Source: Naegleria gruberi
Lineage: Eukaryota
NCBI GenBank assembly: GCA_000004985.1
Contig: GG738898.1
Strand: one strand, 5' to 3'
DNA: 64,000 nucleotides
Shown in pieces: positions 10,294 through 21,567 of the stretch (the stretch's first letter is position 1; every line of letters starts with the position of its first letter). The position numbers were made by a program, and so were the translations under genes. The notes under the pieces were generated by a model. It saw only the letters and a list, made by a program, of their open reading frames with translations. It did not search any database and was not told where the DNA came from.

Positions 10294-11969
10294 TTATTGC
10301 ACTAAACACTTCTTTTGTGGACGAACTTTACTACAATAATTGTCATCTTTGGTGACGGCAATTGTTCTCAAAATGACACTACTCAAATCATCAAGGCCAT
10401 ATCCTGTTTTGGAGCTAGTTTCAATATAAGTGGCACAACCCATATTTTTGGCCATCAACTCTCCTTGTTCGAATGTGATTGGTTTTTCTTCATATTTAAG
10501 AATGAATTCCTTATTAAGAATTGAATCAGTACGATAGTCAATCTTGGTATTCACTAATGCCACAGGAGCAGTACAGTGGTGTCTGATTTCTGGAAGCCAT
10601 TTGGTGACAACATTGAAAAATGAAGCCTCTGACACACAACTAAAGTTCACTAAGAACAAAGATGTCCCTGGGTAGGACTATTACAATATTATTACAAAAA
10701 ATATAATTTCAATACTTACCAATGGACGTAATCTAAATAATATTAAGAAAACAAAAATAAAAATGATTAATTACCTATCATAATCTAAAATTGGTTAATT
10801 TCAATTAAATCCATTCAAAAAAACTCACCTTCAGGACCAGCAGTATCCCTTTGTAAATGTTAACAAATTATTAAAGAGATAGCTCAAATAACTTACCATA
10901 GACCGATTGAATAAGTCTTGTCTTCAACTTTTACACTTATATTGTGATTGTCAAACACAGTTGGAATATAATCATTTGGATAATCTCCAGAAGAATAGCG
11001 TTTTAATAGTGTTGTTTTACCTACTGCTCCATCTCCTACCGCAACAACCTTAAAAACACCATAAGGAGGAGGATACTTGTCTAACATTTCAACCACATGA
11101 GAATAGTTTAAAAGTTCAGACTTGGAACAATACTGTCTTCCATCTTTACGTTGTTTTACCTCCTCAATTTTCAATGTTCTTTCAATATTCTTCTTTTCAA
11201 CTTTTGACATGATGGCTTGAACAGCTTGAGTGAGATTTTCCTTGTAATTTGACTTTTTACGTAAATAGGAATCGAAAATTCTTGATTGAGTGGTATCAAA
11301 AACATATTTACAAAGTACATAATCATAGGAACCAACAGTTTGTTTTGATGCCTCCTTAAAATCACTCAATTTTTTGAAATAAAAATCTTCCCAATATTGA
11401 TCTTCAGTTGTTAAAGTGCAAATTCTCAATGATTTGGAAACCAAATGTAATTTCATTAAATCTTGAATGCTAAGAAATGATAGAACTGTTCTGAAAATGT
11501 CATCATTCACCTTCTCATTAAATAAATCAATATTAAATGAGCTTGTTTCTGATTTGGTTATTGATTTTCCGTCTTTCTTACTTGAAGTAATAGACGTAGT
11601 TGTTGGTGGAGAAACTGTCAAAACGTCAGGAGTCTTTTGAAATAATCCTCCAACTACAAAATAAGTAATAGAGGAATCAGTGGAAGGAATTTGCACAAGA
11701 GCATGAAGTACAGGTTGAGCTTCTTCCTTATTAGAATCATTGAAAATGGATGAAAGAGAATGAGTTGTATCAATCTTCCAACCTTGGCCAACATTTCCCA
11801 AATCAAGACATGTACAATCTGTGAAATCTTGATTTTGATTACAACCACCAACACTATACAATGTGTTTCCTTCCAAAACCATTGAATGTCCATATCTAGC
11901 AAACTGTTCACTCAAATTTGATGCAATAATCTCAGCATTCACTACCAATCTGTCAACACTCTCTACCAA
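10294..11969 (-). CDS. F-box/Kelch-like N-terminal domain fused to a Rho/Rac GTPase. There are five exons (minus strand): 11969..10897, 10848..10829, 10784..10775 (10 nt), 10732..10720 (13 nt) and 10677..10294. The true 5' end is probably beyond the gap at 12030.
   Basis: Exon 1 has a Kelch-like 'GHSMVLEGNTLYSVGG' and an F-box 'IFRTVLSFLSIQDLMKLHLVSKSLRI', followed in the same ORF by G1 'VVAVGDGAVGKTTL' and 'YIPTVFDNH'. Splicing through four GT..AG introns of 42-48 nt reconstitutes '[29 protein letters not shown]...EIRHHC...LVNTKID', ending in CaaX 'CLVQ'. Confidence 0.85.
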
Positions 11970-12362
11970 TGAATCAAGTGAAATCTTAATTGTATCTCTA
12001 ATAATGGAATTAGCTGTTTACCTCCATGANNNNNNNNNNNNNNNNNNNNNNNNNNNNNNNNNNNNNNNNNNNNNNNNNNGATGATCAATTATTCCATCCT
12101 TTTATTGGTTAAAAATATTAGTCTAATATCATTTCTATTGATTCAATAGATTAACAAGTATTCCAGTGTAATAAGTATTCACACTTGCTCTCCCAATTTC
12201 TCCTTATTAAATCCACCAATTAATTCAAAACTTTGAAATACGTGTTTTCATTACAATATCAGTTCATCCTCAGTCAACTTGAAGTAACTTTTTCTATTAA
12301 TAAAAAATTCTCTTTTAAAAAAAAATAATCATTATTCCGATCTTAAAATTCTCATCATCAAA

Positions 12363-13484
12363 ATGTTTCAAATTAATTCTAATCTTCCTCATCACGATCA
12401 TGATTTAGATGATCAAATTAACTCTGATATTAATTTTCCATCAGCATCATCATCTTTAAACTACTCATCAAATTCCTCCTCATCCACTACTACTTTTAAT
12501 AATGGTTATATTTCCAATTATATTAAAATTACAAATGGAGAATTAATAGAAATTCCCAAACCTAAATTAAAATTATATTCAAAACCAACATTTAATGAAT
12601 TACCAATTGAAATTATGTTAAATATATTAGATTATTTAAACATGTTAGAAATAATAGAAAGTAAAATACAATTTCTAAATAAGAATTGTTACATTTTATT
12701 AAATGAATTAGAATTTGAATATTCAAAAATATTTTATGAAAATAAATTAAAATATCTAAATAAGGAAGTATTTAATGAAAGTATTTATTTTAATAATACA
12801 ATTGATAATATTATATGTAAATGTATTTATATAGTAAATTTACCATTACATTGGTATATTTATCAATTAATTTTAAATAGATTTAAACAAATTGATAAAA
12901 TATTTAAGTATTTAATATCACAATCACCTGAATTAGGAAGATATTTAAATGGAAATTGTAATGAAATTAAAAAATTTAAACAATTTTCATTAAAATGTTC
13001 AAATTATTGTTTAAATAATTATAAAAATAATTTTAAATTTTTAAATAATTTTCCAATTGATTTTTGCCTTTCTTGGTTATTATATGATGGAGAAAGCCAA
13101 GGCTTTGAAATTGATCAATTTTATATAACAGGACAATGTAGATTAATGGGTTTAAAAGAAATTATTTTATATTTAAATGATGAATTATTACCAAATATAA
13201 CTATTAGTGCCAATGCTGGAATTTTTATTTATAATTTAAATATTTTAAATGGAAATATTGAATCTATAAAAGGATGGAATGTTTTAAAATATCCAAATTG
13301 GTTGGAATTTTTAAAAACAAGTAATAATTTAAATCAATATCAAATTTTAAATCAAAATAATAATACTATAAATGGTTTTATTAAAATTAAAAAACCAAAT
13401 AATATTTTAAAAAATATTGTAAAATTTTATTATGATGAAAAGAATATTAATTCAAATCTAGATGATTTTAATTTAAAATATTAA
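12363..13484 (+). CDS. Hypothetical F-box-like protein; very AT-rich (~85% AT) and Asn/Ile/Lys-rich.
   Basis: Contains 'FNELPIEIMLNILDYLNMLEIIESKIQF', which fits the F-box consensus. The ORF is single-exon. Confidence 0.55.
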   Translation: MFQINSNLPHHDHDLDDQINSDINFPSASSSLNYSSNSSSSTTTFNNGYISNYIKITNGELIEIPKPKLKLYSKPTFNELPIEIMLNILDYLNMLEIIESKIQFLNKNCYILLNELEFEYSKIFYENKLKYLNKEVFNESIYFNNTIDNIICKCIYIVNLPLHWYIYQLILNRFKQIDKIFKYLISQSPELGRYLNGNCNEIKKFKQFSLKCSNYCLNNYKNNFKFLNNFPIDFCLSWLLYDGESQGFEIDQFYITGQCRLMGLKEIILYLNDELLPNITISANAGIFIYNLNILNGNIESIKGWNVLKYPNWLEFLKTSNNLNQYQILNQNNNTINGFIKIKKPNNILKNIVKFYYDEKNINSNLDDFNLKY

Positions 13485-13872
13485 TAAATTTATTTAATTT
13501 ATTTAATTTTTAATAATTCTTTTTGATCGAAATCAATGAATTATTTATTTGTAGTACGTAAATATTTTCCATTTTTACAACTCTTTCATATCAGTGAATA
13601 ATTATTGACTTTTATGAGTGCTTACAAGGAATTTGTGAGTGAATTATATTATTTATATTATTTAATATTAATTCACTTTATTGAATGGTGATAAAACCAT
13701 GTTATCTTTGATTGTATTTCTAATGTATCAAATACTAACGACTACAAAATATATTGTTCTTATCAAATTCATTGCTAACACTACAAAATTTGTGTGTTGT
13801 ATGGCGAGTTTGTTGTTATTGAAATCTAAAATTAAAAAAATAGGTCTACAGCCTTATTAACCTCACAAAACA

Positions 13873-14671
13873 ATGTTATCGGAATTATTATCAAAGAAGA
13901 CGGGCGATGATCAGAATACAACATCATCTTCATCGGAACCTTCAACTACCAAGTATCCATATACAACTAGTGTTGTTGCTGATGGTAGAAGAAAATTTCA
14001 TACAACCTATGAAAATGGAGTGGAAATGGTTGAGGAATTTGATTTGCAAACTAATCAATTATTATTGAGAAAGAGGAGAACTGTTTCAATATTAGGAGAA
14101 GGAACTTGGACAATTGAAATTGGAGGTGAGGTTAAATCCTTCAATCCAATTCATGATTTGATTGCTCCATCAACAGTCAATGTAAGTTTGAGGAATTTTG
14201 ATTATAGAATATATTCCTTAATCTATTTGAATTAGCCAATTTTTATGAGAAAGGATACATCCACATTATTCCAATGGAGAGTTAGAAACTGTTTCTATGA
14301 ACCTAATGTATATAAGGTCAATATCGACCATGAAAAACAAGAAATTGTCATTAGTACAACTAATAAGAAGTATTATAAACGATTCTCGATACCAGATATG
14401 AAAGAATCACCAAAAACTAAATTAAATGATGAAAGTTTGTCATTTAAATTGGAGAATAATACCCTCATCATTTCGGTAAGTCTACTCTCGTCATCATTAC
14501 AAAATTAATAACATCATATTATTAATAACCACATGTAAACTCTTTCCGAATTTAAAGTATGTAAAACCAGACTTGATACTGAAGAAAGAAAGAGCAAAAG
14601 AAATGGAACTTGCTTCAATGAAAAGCGAGAGACCACCCAGAGATGGAGATGTACAATGCCCGCAACAATAA
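13873..14671 (+). CDS. DPCD: DPCD (deleted in primary ciliary dyskinesia) homolog. Exons are 13873..14181, 14236..14475 and 14558..14671; introns are 14182..14235 and 14476..14557, both GTAAGT..AG.
   Basis: The spliced product is collinear with human DPCD: 'DGRRKFHTTYENGVEMVEEFD', 'NPIFMRKDTSTLFQWRVRNCFYEPNVYKV', 'TTNKKYYKRFSIPDM', 'NTLIISYVKPD...DGDVQCPQQ*'. Confidence 0.9.
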
Positions 14672-14736
14672 ATTTATGTTTTTACAATTAAAGATGTTGT
14701 TGTTAATATTATGTATTGTTGTTGTTGTTAATAAAA

Positions 14737-15099
14737 TTACGATGATTTCTTTTCGTCCAATCCTTGAATCATATCGTCCCAAACATTTCTTTCCTTATGT
14801 TCAAGCTTATCTTGCAAGAATTTAACTTGACTTCTAGTTCTTGTCCAATTACCATAAGAACTGTAAGACAATAATTGCCATTCCAATTTTCTTTGCTTCA
14901 TTCTTTCTTCTTCCTCATAAACACGGATTCTTCTAGATTCAATAAGATCCTTGGTTCTCATCATGTTGTTATCAATCAAAGTACTAATAGCATTTTGGTT
15001 CAAGATTGAAGCAACAGTGATACCTCCAACAACTCCTAAAATACTGAGTTTGATAGCGGTAGAGAAGACTGGTCTAAAAGCAGCGGCAGTGTGTGGCAT
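14737..15099 (-). CDS. Small hypothetical protein of 120 aa with one N-terminal hydrophobic segment (possible mitochondrial or membrane protein). It is divergent from IFT46 with a ~260-bp shared promoter region.
   Basis: Hydrophobic 'LSILGVVGGITVASIL' followed by a charged, coiled-coil-like tail; codon usage is coding-like. Confidence 0.5.
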   Translation of the reverse strand: MPHTAAAFRPVFSTAIKLSILGVVGGITVASILNQNAISTLIDNNMMRTKDLIESRRIRVYEEEERMKQRKLEWQLLSYSSYGNWTRTRSQVKFLQDKLEHKERNVWDDMIQGLDEKKSS

Positions 15100-15363
15100 T
15101 TTTAATTAATATTTATTAAAAAAAATATTATTTGATGATTAAATATTTATTTTTCAATGAGTATGGTTTGATAATTATTGTCATGGATTTTTTCGAGAAA
15201 ATGAAAGTGAATTTGAAATTTATTGATTCATATCTTTGATATAGATATGAATTACTTGTGTTCAACACTTTTGTATGCTTGTTAATGAAAACAAAGTAGA
15301 ACTTGTTGTTTAGCGCCAAACTACCATCAACCGCCAATATGCTACAAAACAAACTACAAAAAA

Positions 15364-16687
15364 ATGAACACAAGCATGGACGATGGAAGTGACGGTGAAA
15401 GTACTGAGTACGAAACTGATGAAGAAGAACAAGAAGAGGAAGAAACCATTGATCAGAGAATGCCTCAAAGAGGTCAATCTCAACGAAGAGAAGATGATGA
15501 TTTCGGTCTACACTCTGAAGAGGAAAGTGAAGAAGGTTCTGCAGATGAAGAAGAAAATCTTAATTCAACAGGAAAATTCACTAGCATAGGAAATAATAAT
15601 AATAACGCTCCAAAGGGTGCTGTTCTTTCAAATAGATATGAAAATAGAGGAGGAAGCGGTGCTGGTGTTAGAGGAAATTCTGCATCAAAACCACCTTCTA
15701 AACCTTCTTCATCTCAAGGAAAAGTTGTTTCAAATCAACATTATGATGAAGTGTACATAGCAAATGATGACGAGGTTCATTCTATACCTAGTCCAGAACA
15801 TACACCAAGAGATAGAGTTCAAATAACAAAAGCAGAAGAATCGGAGGAAAGAAGAAGGCGAAGGTGAAGGAGAGGAAGAATCGGAGGAAGAACACTCTGA
15901 AGCTTCTGAGGATGACTATGCAATGAGACCAGGAGCCAGACCAGTTCAACATCCAGCATACAATGCCAATGAATCAAACATGCTTCTTAGTAAGATGAAC
16001 ATCTCTAATGAATTGAAAGAATTATTTACCTACATTAATAGATACAAACCTCATGAGATTGAATTGGATACCAAGTTAAAACCATTTATTCCAGATTATA
16101 TGGCTGCAGTGGGTGAGCTGGATCCATTCATTAAACTTAAAAGACCAGATCTTAAAGAAGATGAATTGGATGACCTTGGTTTGAAGGTTATTGATGAACC
16201 AAATCCATCTCAATCAGATCCAACAGTTGTAACTTTAGACTTAACATATCAAATGAAGGGAGATAGAACCTCCAGTACGGCCGCAGAATCTTCCAATCTC
16301 TCATCTGGAATTGTTGCTGCAAAGAAGCCAGAAACAATTATTAAGAGTGTAGAATCTGGAAATGATAAATTAATTCTTAAATGGATTAATGATATTAGGG
16401 AGCTTCACAAGAAGAAACCACCACCAACTGTAACTTATTCAAAGGTCAATGTTGATTTTACTCAACTTATTCAAGCTTGGCCTGATGCATTCGAAGAAGA
16501 GTTAGCAAAAACAGATTTACCAGGAGCAGATTTGGATGTTGATTTGGAAGAATATGTAAAAATTATTTGTAGTTTACTTGATATTCCAGTTTACGATGGT
16601 CACTTAATTGAATCATTACATGTGCTGTTTACACTGTATTTAGATTTTAAGACTAATCAACATATTCAATCTCAAATGAATTTTTAA
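15364..16687 (+). CDS. IFT46: Intraflagellar transport protein 46 (IFT-B core). The acidic N-terminal region (15364..~15860) and the IFT46 core (to 16687) are in different frames, with an apparent +1 frameshift between 15827 and 15867.
   Basis: The core matches IFT46 along its length: 'ELFTYINRYKPHEIELDTKLKPFIPDYMAAVGELDPFIKLKRPD', 'LGLKVIDEPNPSQSDPTVVTL', 'WINDIRELHKKKPPPTVTYS', 'DIPVYDGHLIESLHVLFTLYLDFK'. The frame break lies between duplicated 'GAAGAATCGGAGGA' motifs. Confidence 0.88.
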
Positions 16688-16912
16688 ATAAATGCCCACC
16701 AACTTAAAAATCCGTTCTCGTCTTCCTTATTTGTGAAATTAAAATAACATCAAAATGTTCATTTCCATGTCTTATAGACGTTATGATTAAAGAATTGTTT
16801 ATGACCGTTATGATTAATCACTAAGCATCACTGTAAAAAAAAGATTTGATTCTAAATTCACCACAACCTCCTGCTCACTAGAGTTGTCTCCTTAATAATA
16901 GTTTTATAAAGC

Positions 16913-19900
16913 ATGAATAATACTAGAAAGGTTCCAGGTAATTCTAACAAACCTTCATCGTCAACATCTACTTCATCGATAAAGAAAAAAGACACTGACA
17001 AAAAGTTGTTGCAACAACAGAAACCAACAACAACAACAACTGGTACAAAACCAAATCTTCCAATCCTTACTATTCCTAAATTTAAATCACCTCCCTCTAC
17101 ACCTCAAAAACCAACAACAAACATCAAGGAGAGTATCACCAATCCTAATACAAAATCAAACAAAAATCAAGCTCCGATTAATAGCCTCAATCAGCAACAG
17201 AGAGAGTATGATGCAATGGGTAGTGGAAAGCCGTCTAAAATTCCTAAGCCTTCCAAAACCTTCATAGATTCATCACCACTGGTCAATAAGAAACTTAGAT
17301 TTGAACCTAAAACCAACAATGATGATTCAATTTTCAAAGGAAGTAGAATACCTCGCCCAAAAGCTCAAACATTTATTCACCAACCTCCATCCTCACCTAG
17401 AAACATAAACCCTCAACCAACGACCTCAAGAAACAACTCCGAAAGAAACCTCTTAAATCATTTACCTTCTCCGTTTACCACCTCCATATCATCAACTTCT
17501 AATCAAGCCTTTTATTTAGTATCACCTAGACATCATCATTCCATATTGTTACCAGCATCACCTTCTCATACTATTAGACAAACATTTACTAGCAATAATA
17601 GTTCATCTAATTATCATTCTAAAAATCTTGACAAAATTGATGACTTTTCCTTTATGGATGATGTTTCAACTATGAAATTGTTTGATGATGATGAATTAGT
17701 ATTCAAGTTACGTCAACCAACAGAAACCGTTCACAATGATCGTTATGAAACATTGGTGAATCAACCGTTAATCATTGAAACACCTTCACCAAAAGACCTG
17801 TCTAATAGCGAAGCTTCAACGTCACCCATCAAAAAAACACCTCCAACGTCTCCACTACTTTTGCTATCACCAAAGAAGAACGATAGTGAAACTAAACCAC
17901 TCTATTCAATAGATCATCATCATCATCATACACTTGATTTTATAGAACCTATTCATTTAACGCCACTTTCAGATATTATGGTTTCGGAGACTTTGAATTT
18001 AGTATCTGATGATGATCATCAAGAAGTAAATATTATTAATCATCATCACAATGATATTGCAACCAATAATAATAATAATAGTAATACAAATACAACAATA
18101 ACATTAAATAATACTACTCATGATGGAGTAATATTAATAACAGATTTACCAATTTATATGGAAATTTATAATTATGCAAAGGAAGGAAAGGAATTGGACC
18201 TCTTTAAGAAATTAATTCACTTTAGCCAGTTATCTCAACTTTTAGATAATAATTCGAGTAATAATAGTAGTACAAGTAGTATTACTATTGTTAATAATAA
18301 TAATAATATTAATATAACATCTACTACTACTACTAGTAATGGCAGCAACAGCAATGTTAATGTTGATGATAATAACAATACTGAATTGTCTGATGAAGTT
18401 TATAAAAAAGCCTATCAAAAGTTCCTTTCTAGAGGAGTTTTTGCCAAGTTAATAGTCAAGGAAGAAATATTAACATTAAATAGTATTGAACCGGAAAGTG
18501 GTAATACAGCACTTCATGCAGCTATTAATGGAGATCATATAGGTACATCAAGTTTATTATGTAAATGTAAAAGAATGATTAATCAAAATAATGATAGACA
18601 AAATGTTGATCTTGAGTTTTTGAATATTGATCAATATAATAAGAGGAAAGAAACACCTCTTCATATTTCTGTTTTAAAGAATTTTGCCAATGTAGCCCAT
18701 TTACTCTTACAAAATGGTAGTAAAGCATTTGAATTAACGGATGCAAATGGAAATACAGCATTACAATTAGCTGCAATTTATGAAAGAGAAGCAATTTCAC
18801 ATTCAATATGTGAACATGGAGGTGATGTCTGTATAATGTACGATGATAAAATTGAAAGAATTGTTACAGAAGATAAAACGTTAGAAGGCAAAACATTTGA
18901 TAGATTTGGATTTCCAGTTACAAATTTACAAAACAAATGGACAATTTCAACAAACCATGGTAAAATAACCGAATATGTATCAATAGATATTGTAAAACAG
19001 CCAACACTCTATAACGAATTGCATAAAAGAAGAATTAAAGAAGAATCACGTTTAAAGAAATGGAAAGAAATGTTAAAAGAAATTAGAGAACATCATGAAA
19101 AGGGAGATGATTTATATTTACCAAAGAAATTTAAAGAGAGAGTGAGAAAGGGTATTCCAAATGAAGTACGTGGTGAAGCATGGTTCTATTTAACACGTGC
19201 TCACATTTTAAAAAAACAAAATTCAAAACTCTATTCAGATCTTAAGCAAAGACCATTGACAATGAAAGATTCAAAACAAATTGATGTTGATATTAAGAGA
19301 GAATTTCGTGAACATCGTTTGTTTGCTCACAGATATGGAAAATATCAAGTTATATTATTTAATATATTAAGAGCATATTGTAATTATAATGTTAAATTAG
19401 GATATACACAAGGAATGTCATCAATAGCAGCAATGTTATTAATGTATTTAAATGAAGAAGATGCATTTTGGGTATTTTGTTCAATTATGGAAGGTCAAAA
19501 TTACAATATGCAAGAAATGTATTTTGCAGGATTACCAGGTGTTTATAAGGCAACATTTGTTTTAACAAATATTTTATCTAAAAAAATGAAAAAATTCATG
19601 AAAGCATTTGAAAATGAAGATGGAATTGGATTTAATTCATTTTGTACAAGATGGTATATGTTAAATATGTTAACTCAAATTCATTTTGATATTGCTGTAT
19701 TAATATGGGATTTATATTTATCTGAAGGAAATAAGGTTATTCATAGCGTTAGTATGGCCTTTATTAGAATTTTTAAAAAGAATTTATTCAAATTGAAATA
19801 TGATGGTATTGTTCAAACTTTATCAAAATTATTGGATGTTGATTTTGATTTGGAAAGATTTATGAGAAAAATACTCGTTTCTAAAATTAAAGAAAAAACA

Positions 19901-19939
19901 ATACGAGGTTTAGAAACTGAATACGATAAAAAACATTAA
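16913..19939 (+). CDS. TBC-domain Rab GTPase-activating protein with ankyrin repeats and a long S/T/N/P-rich N-terminal region (1008 aa, intronless).
   Basis: Ankyrin repeats 'GNTALHAAINGDH...ETPLHISVLKN...GNTALQLAAIY'. TBC Arg finger 'IDVDIKREF' and Gln finger 'GYTQGMSSIAAMLL'. Confidence 0.9.
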   Translation: MNNTRKVPGNSNKPSSSTSTSSIKKKDTDKKLLQQQKPTTTTTGTKPNLPILTIPKFKSPPSTPQKPTTNIKESITNPNTKSNKNQAPINSLNQQQREYDAMGSGKPSKIPKPSKTFIDSSPLVNKKLRFEPKTNNDDSIFKGSRIPRPKAQTFIHQPPSSPRNINPQPTTSRNNSERNLLNHLPSPFTTSISSTSNQAFYLVSPRHHHSILLPASPSHTIRQTFTSNNSSSNYHSKNLDKIDDFSFMDDVSTMKLFDDDELVFKLRQPTETVHNDRYETLVNQPLIIETPSPKDLSNSEASTSPIKKTPPTSPLLLLSPKKNDSETKPLYSIDHHHHHTLDFIEPIHLTPLSDIMVSETLNLVSDDDHQEVNIINHHHNDIATNNNNNSNTNTTITLNNTTHDGVILITDLPIYMEIYNYAKEGKELDLFKKLIHFSQLSQLLDNNSSNNSSTSSITIVNNNNNINITSTTTTSNGSNSNVNVDDNNNTELSDEVYKKAYQKFLSRGVFAKLIVKEEILTLNSIEPESGNTALHAAINGDHIGTSSLLCKCKRMINQNNDRQNVDLEFLNIDQYNKRKETPLHISVLKNFANVAHLLLQNGSKAFELTDANGNTALQLAAIYEREAISHSICEHGGDVCIMYDDKIERIVTEDKTLEGKTFDRFGFPVTNLQNKWTISTNHGKITEYVSIDIVKQPTLYNELHKRRIKEESRLKKWKEMLKEIREHHEKGDDLYLPKKFKERVRKGIPNEVRGEAWFYLTRAHILKKQNSKLYSDLKQRPLTMKDSKQIDVDIKREFREHRLFAHRYGKYQVILFNILRAYCNYNVKLGYTQGMSSIAAMLLMYLNEEDAFWVFCSIMEGQNYNMQEMYFAGLPGVYKATFVLTNILSKKMKKFMKAFENEDGIGFNSFCTRWYMLNMLTQIHFDIAVLIWDLYLSEGNKVIHSVSMAFIRIFKKNLFKLKYDGIVQTLSKLLDVDFDLERFMRKILVSKIKEKTIRGLETEYDKKH

Positions 19940-19999
19940 TTATTTAATTGATCTTTTGATTTTCTGCAAACTAGAAAGTCGTTGGTAATAGTCAAAAAA

Positions 20000-21403
20000 A
20001 TGGAAAAACACTCACCACAACTTAATTTATCGGAAACAAGGAAGAAACAAGATTTTAATGATGATACAATTTATGAAATTTTGTCTTTTTTTAATGATTT
20101 TAAATTTATTGTAATGAATTGTGCATTGGTGTCCAAGCAGTGGTTGAATGTTGTTTTATCATCATGTCGTCATCTTTCATTGGAATGTGGAAGAAGAGTT
20201 GGAATGGATGGCCAATTTTTACAAAATATTGCAACTCTAGAGATTAATACCACTTTTAATGATGATACTTACAAAAAACTGATCTTGATGAAATCACTAA
20301 CAAAACTAATTAGTTGTAACAATAATATTGGTGTTGAAGAAGCTAAATATATTAGTGAATTGAAACAATTAACTCATCTTTATATTTCTAGCAACAAAAT
20401 TGGTGTTGAAGGAGCAAAATACATCAGTGAATTGAAACAATTGACCAATCTTGATATTTCTTACAATAATATTGGTGCTGAAGGAGTTGAACATATTGGT
20501 AATTTGAAACAACTAACCTTTCTTTGTATTTATCACAATAATATTGGCGATGAAGGAGCTAAACATTTAAGCGCATTGAAACAATTGACTTATCTGTATA
20601 CTGCTTTCAATAATATTGGTGTTGAAGGAGTTAAATATATAATCAAATTGAAACAACTATCATATCTTAATATTTGTAGCAACAAAGTTGGTGATGAAGG
20701 AGCTAAATACCTTAGTGAATTGAAACAATTGACCAATCTTAATATTTCTAATAGTAATATTTGTGCTAAAGGAGTTGAACATATAACGGAAATGAATCAA
20801 TTAACCATTCTTAATATTTCCACCAATAATATTGGTATTGAAGGAGCTAAATATATTGGTAAATTGAAACAATTGACATGTCTTAATATTTATTACAGTA
20901 ATATTGATATTGAAGGTGCTAAATACATTAGTGAAATGAAACAATTGACCGATCTTAATATTTCCTACAATAACATTGGTATTGAAGGAGCTAAATATAT
21001 TGGTAAATTGAAACAATTGACATGTCTTACTATATATAATAATTACATTTGTGATGAAGGAGCTAAATACATTAGTGAATTGAACCAATTGACCAATCTT
21101 AATATTTATAGTAATAATATTGGTGATGAAGGTGCAAAATACATTAGCGAATTGAAACAATTGACCAATCTTGATATTTCTGTCAATCAAATTGGTGCTA
21201 AAGGAGTTAAATACATAGCAGAATTGAATCAATTAACCATTCTTTCTGCTTCTCTCAATAATATTCGTGATGAAGGTGCTAAATATATTAGCGAATTGAA
21301 ACAATTGACCAATCTTGATATTTCCAGCAATAACATTAGCATTGAAGGAGTTAAATGTTTTGAGGAAATGAAACACTTGACAGTTCTTGAAATTTACCAG
21401 TGA
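20000..21403 (+). CDS. F-box / leucine-rich-repeat (RNI-like) protein with ~15 tandem 24-aa LRRs.
   Basis: N-terminal F-box 'DDTIYEILSFFNDFKFIVMNCALVSKQWLNVV', then repeats 'NNIGxEGAKYISELKQLTNLDIS'. The ATG at 20000 gives 'MEKHSPQ'; the track start at 19982 is a non-ATG codon. Confidence 0.8.
   Translation: MEKHSPQLNLSETRKKQDFNDDTIYEILSFFNDFKFIVMNCALVSKQWLNVVLSSCRHLSLECGRRVGMDGQFLQNIATLEINTTFNDDTYKKLILMKSLTKLISCNNNIGVEEAKYISELKQLTHLYISSNKIGVEGAKYISELKQLTNLDISYNNIGAEGVEHIGNLKQLTFLCIYHNNIGDEGAKHLSALKQLTYLYTAFNNIGVEGVKYIIKLKQLSYLNICSNKVGDEGAKYLSELKQLTNLNISNSNICAKGVEHITEMNQLTILNISTNNIGIEGAKYIGKLKQLTCLNIYYSNIDIEGAKYISEMKQLTDLNISYNNIGIEGAKYIGKLKQLTCLTIYNNYICDEGAKYISELNQLTNLNIYSNNIGDEGAKYISELKQLTNLDISVNQIGAKGVKYIAELNQLTILSASLNNIRDEGAKYISELKQLTNLDISSNNISIEGVKCFEEMKHLTVLEIYQ
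20320..21390 (+). repeat. Tandem ~72-nt coding repeats (LRR units) inside the F-box-LRR gene.
   Basis: Near-identical 72-nt units with 'caattgaccaatcttgatatttc' recurring about 15 times. They generate the spurious antisense ORFs 20801..21232 and 21233..21457. Confidence 0.85.
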
Positions 21404-21567
21404 TGAGTTTTTATTCTTTACACATACCAATTTGCAGCTATGAAGAAGCTTCATCATTTCAATTCATTTCTATTGATTTTGGATTGTTCAACTGTTTTAC
21501 TCTTTATCTCTCTCACTGTGAAAAGAACAAAAAGAATTTTCATTGTGAAATAAACCAAATTAAAAAA

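Noticed and set aside
18579-18806. 75-aa minus-strand ORF inside the TBC gene
   Set aside because: It is embedded antisense in a well-supported 1008-aa CDS, with no motif and no codon bias.
20801-21457. Antisense ORFs (143 and 74 aa) opposite the F-box-LRR gene
   Set aside because: Their periodic 'NIKIGQLFQF' translation is simply the reverse complement of the tandem LRR coding repeats; there is no independent evidence for them.
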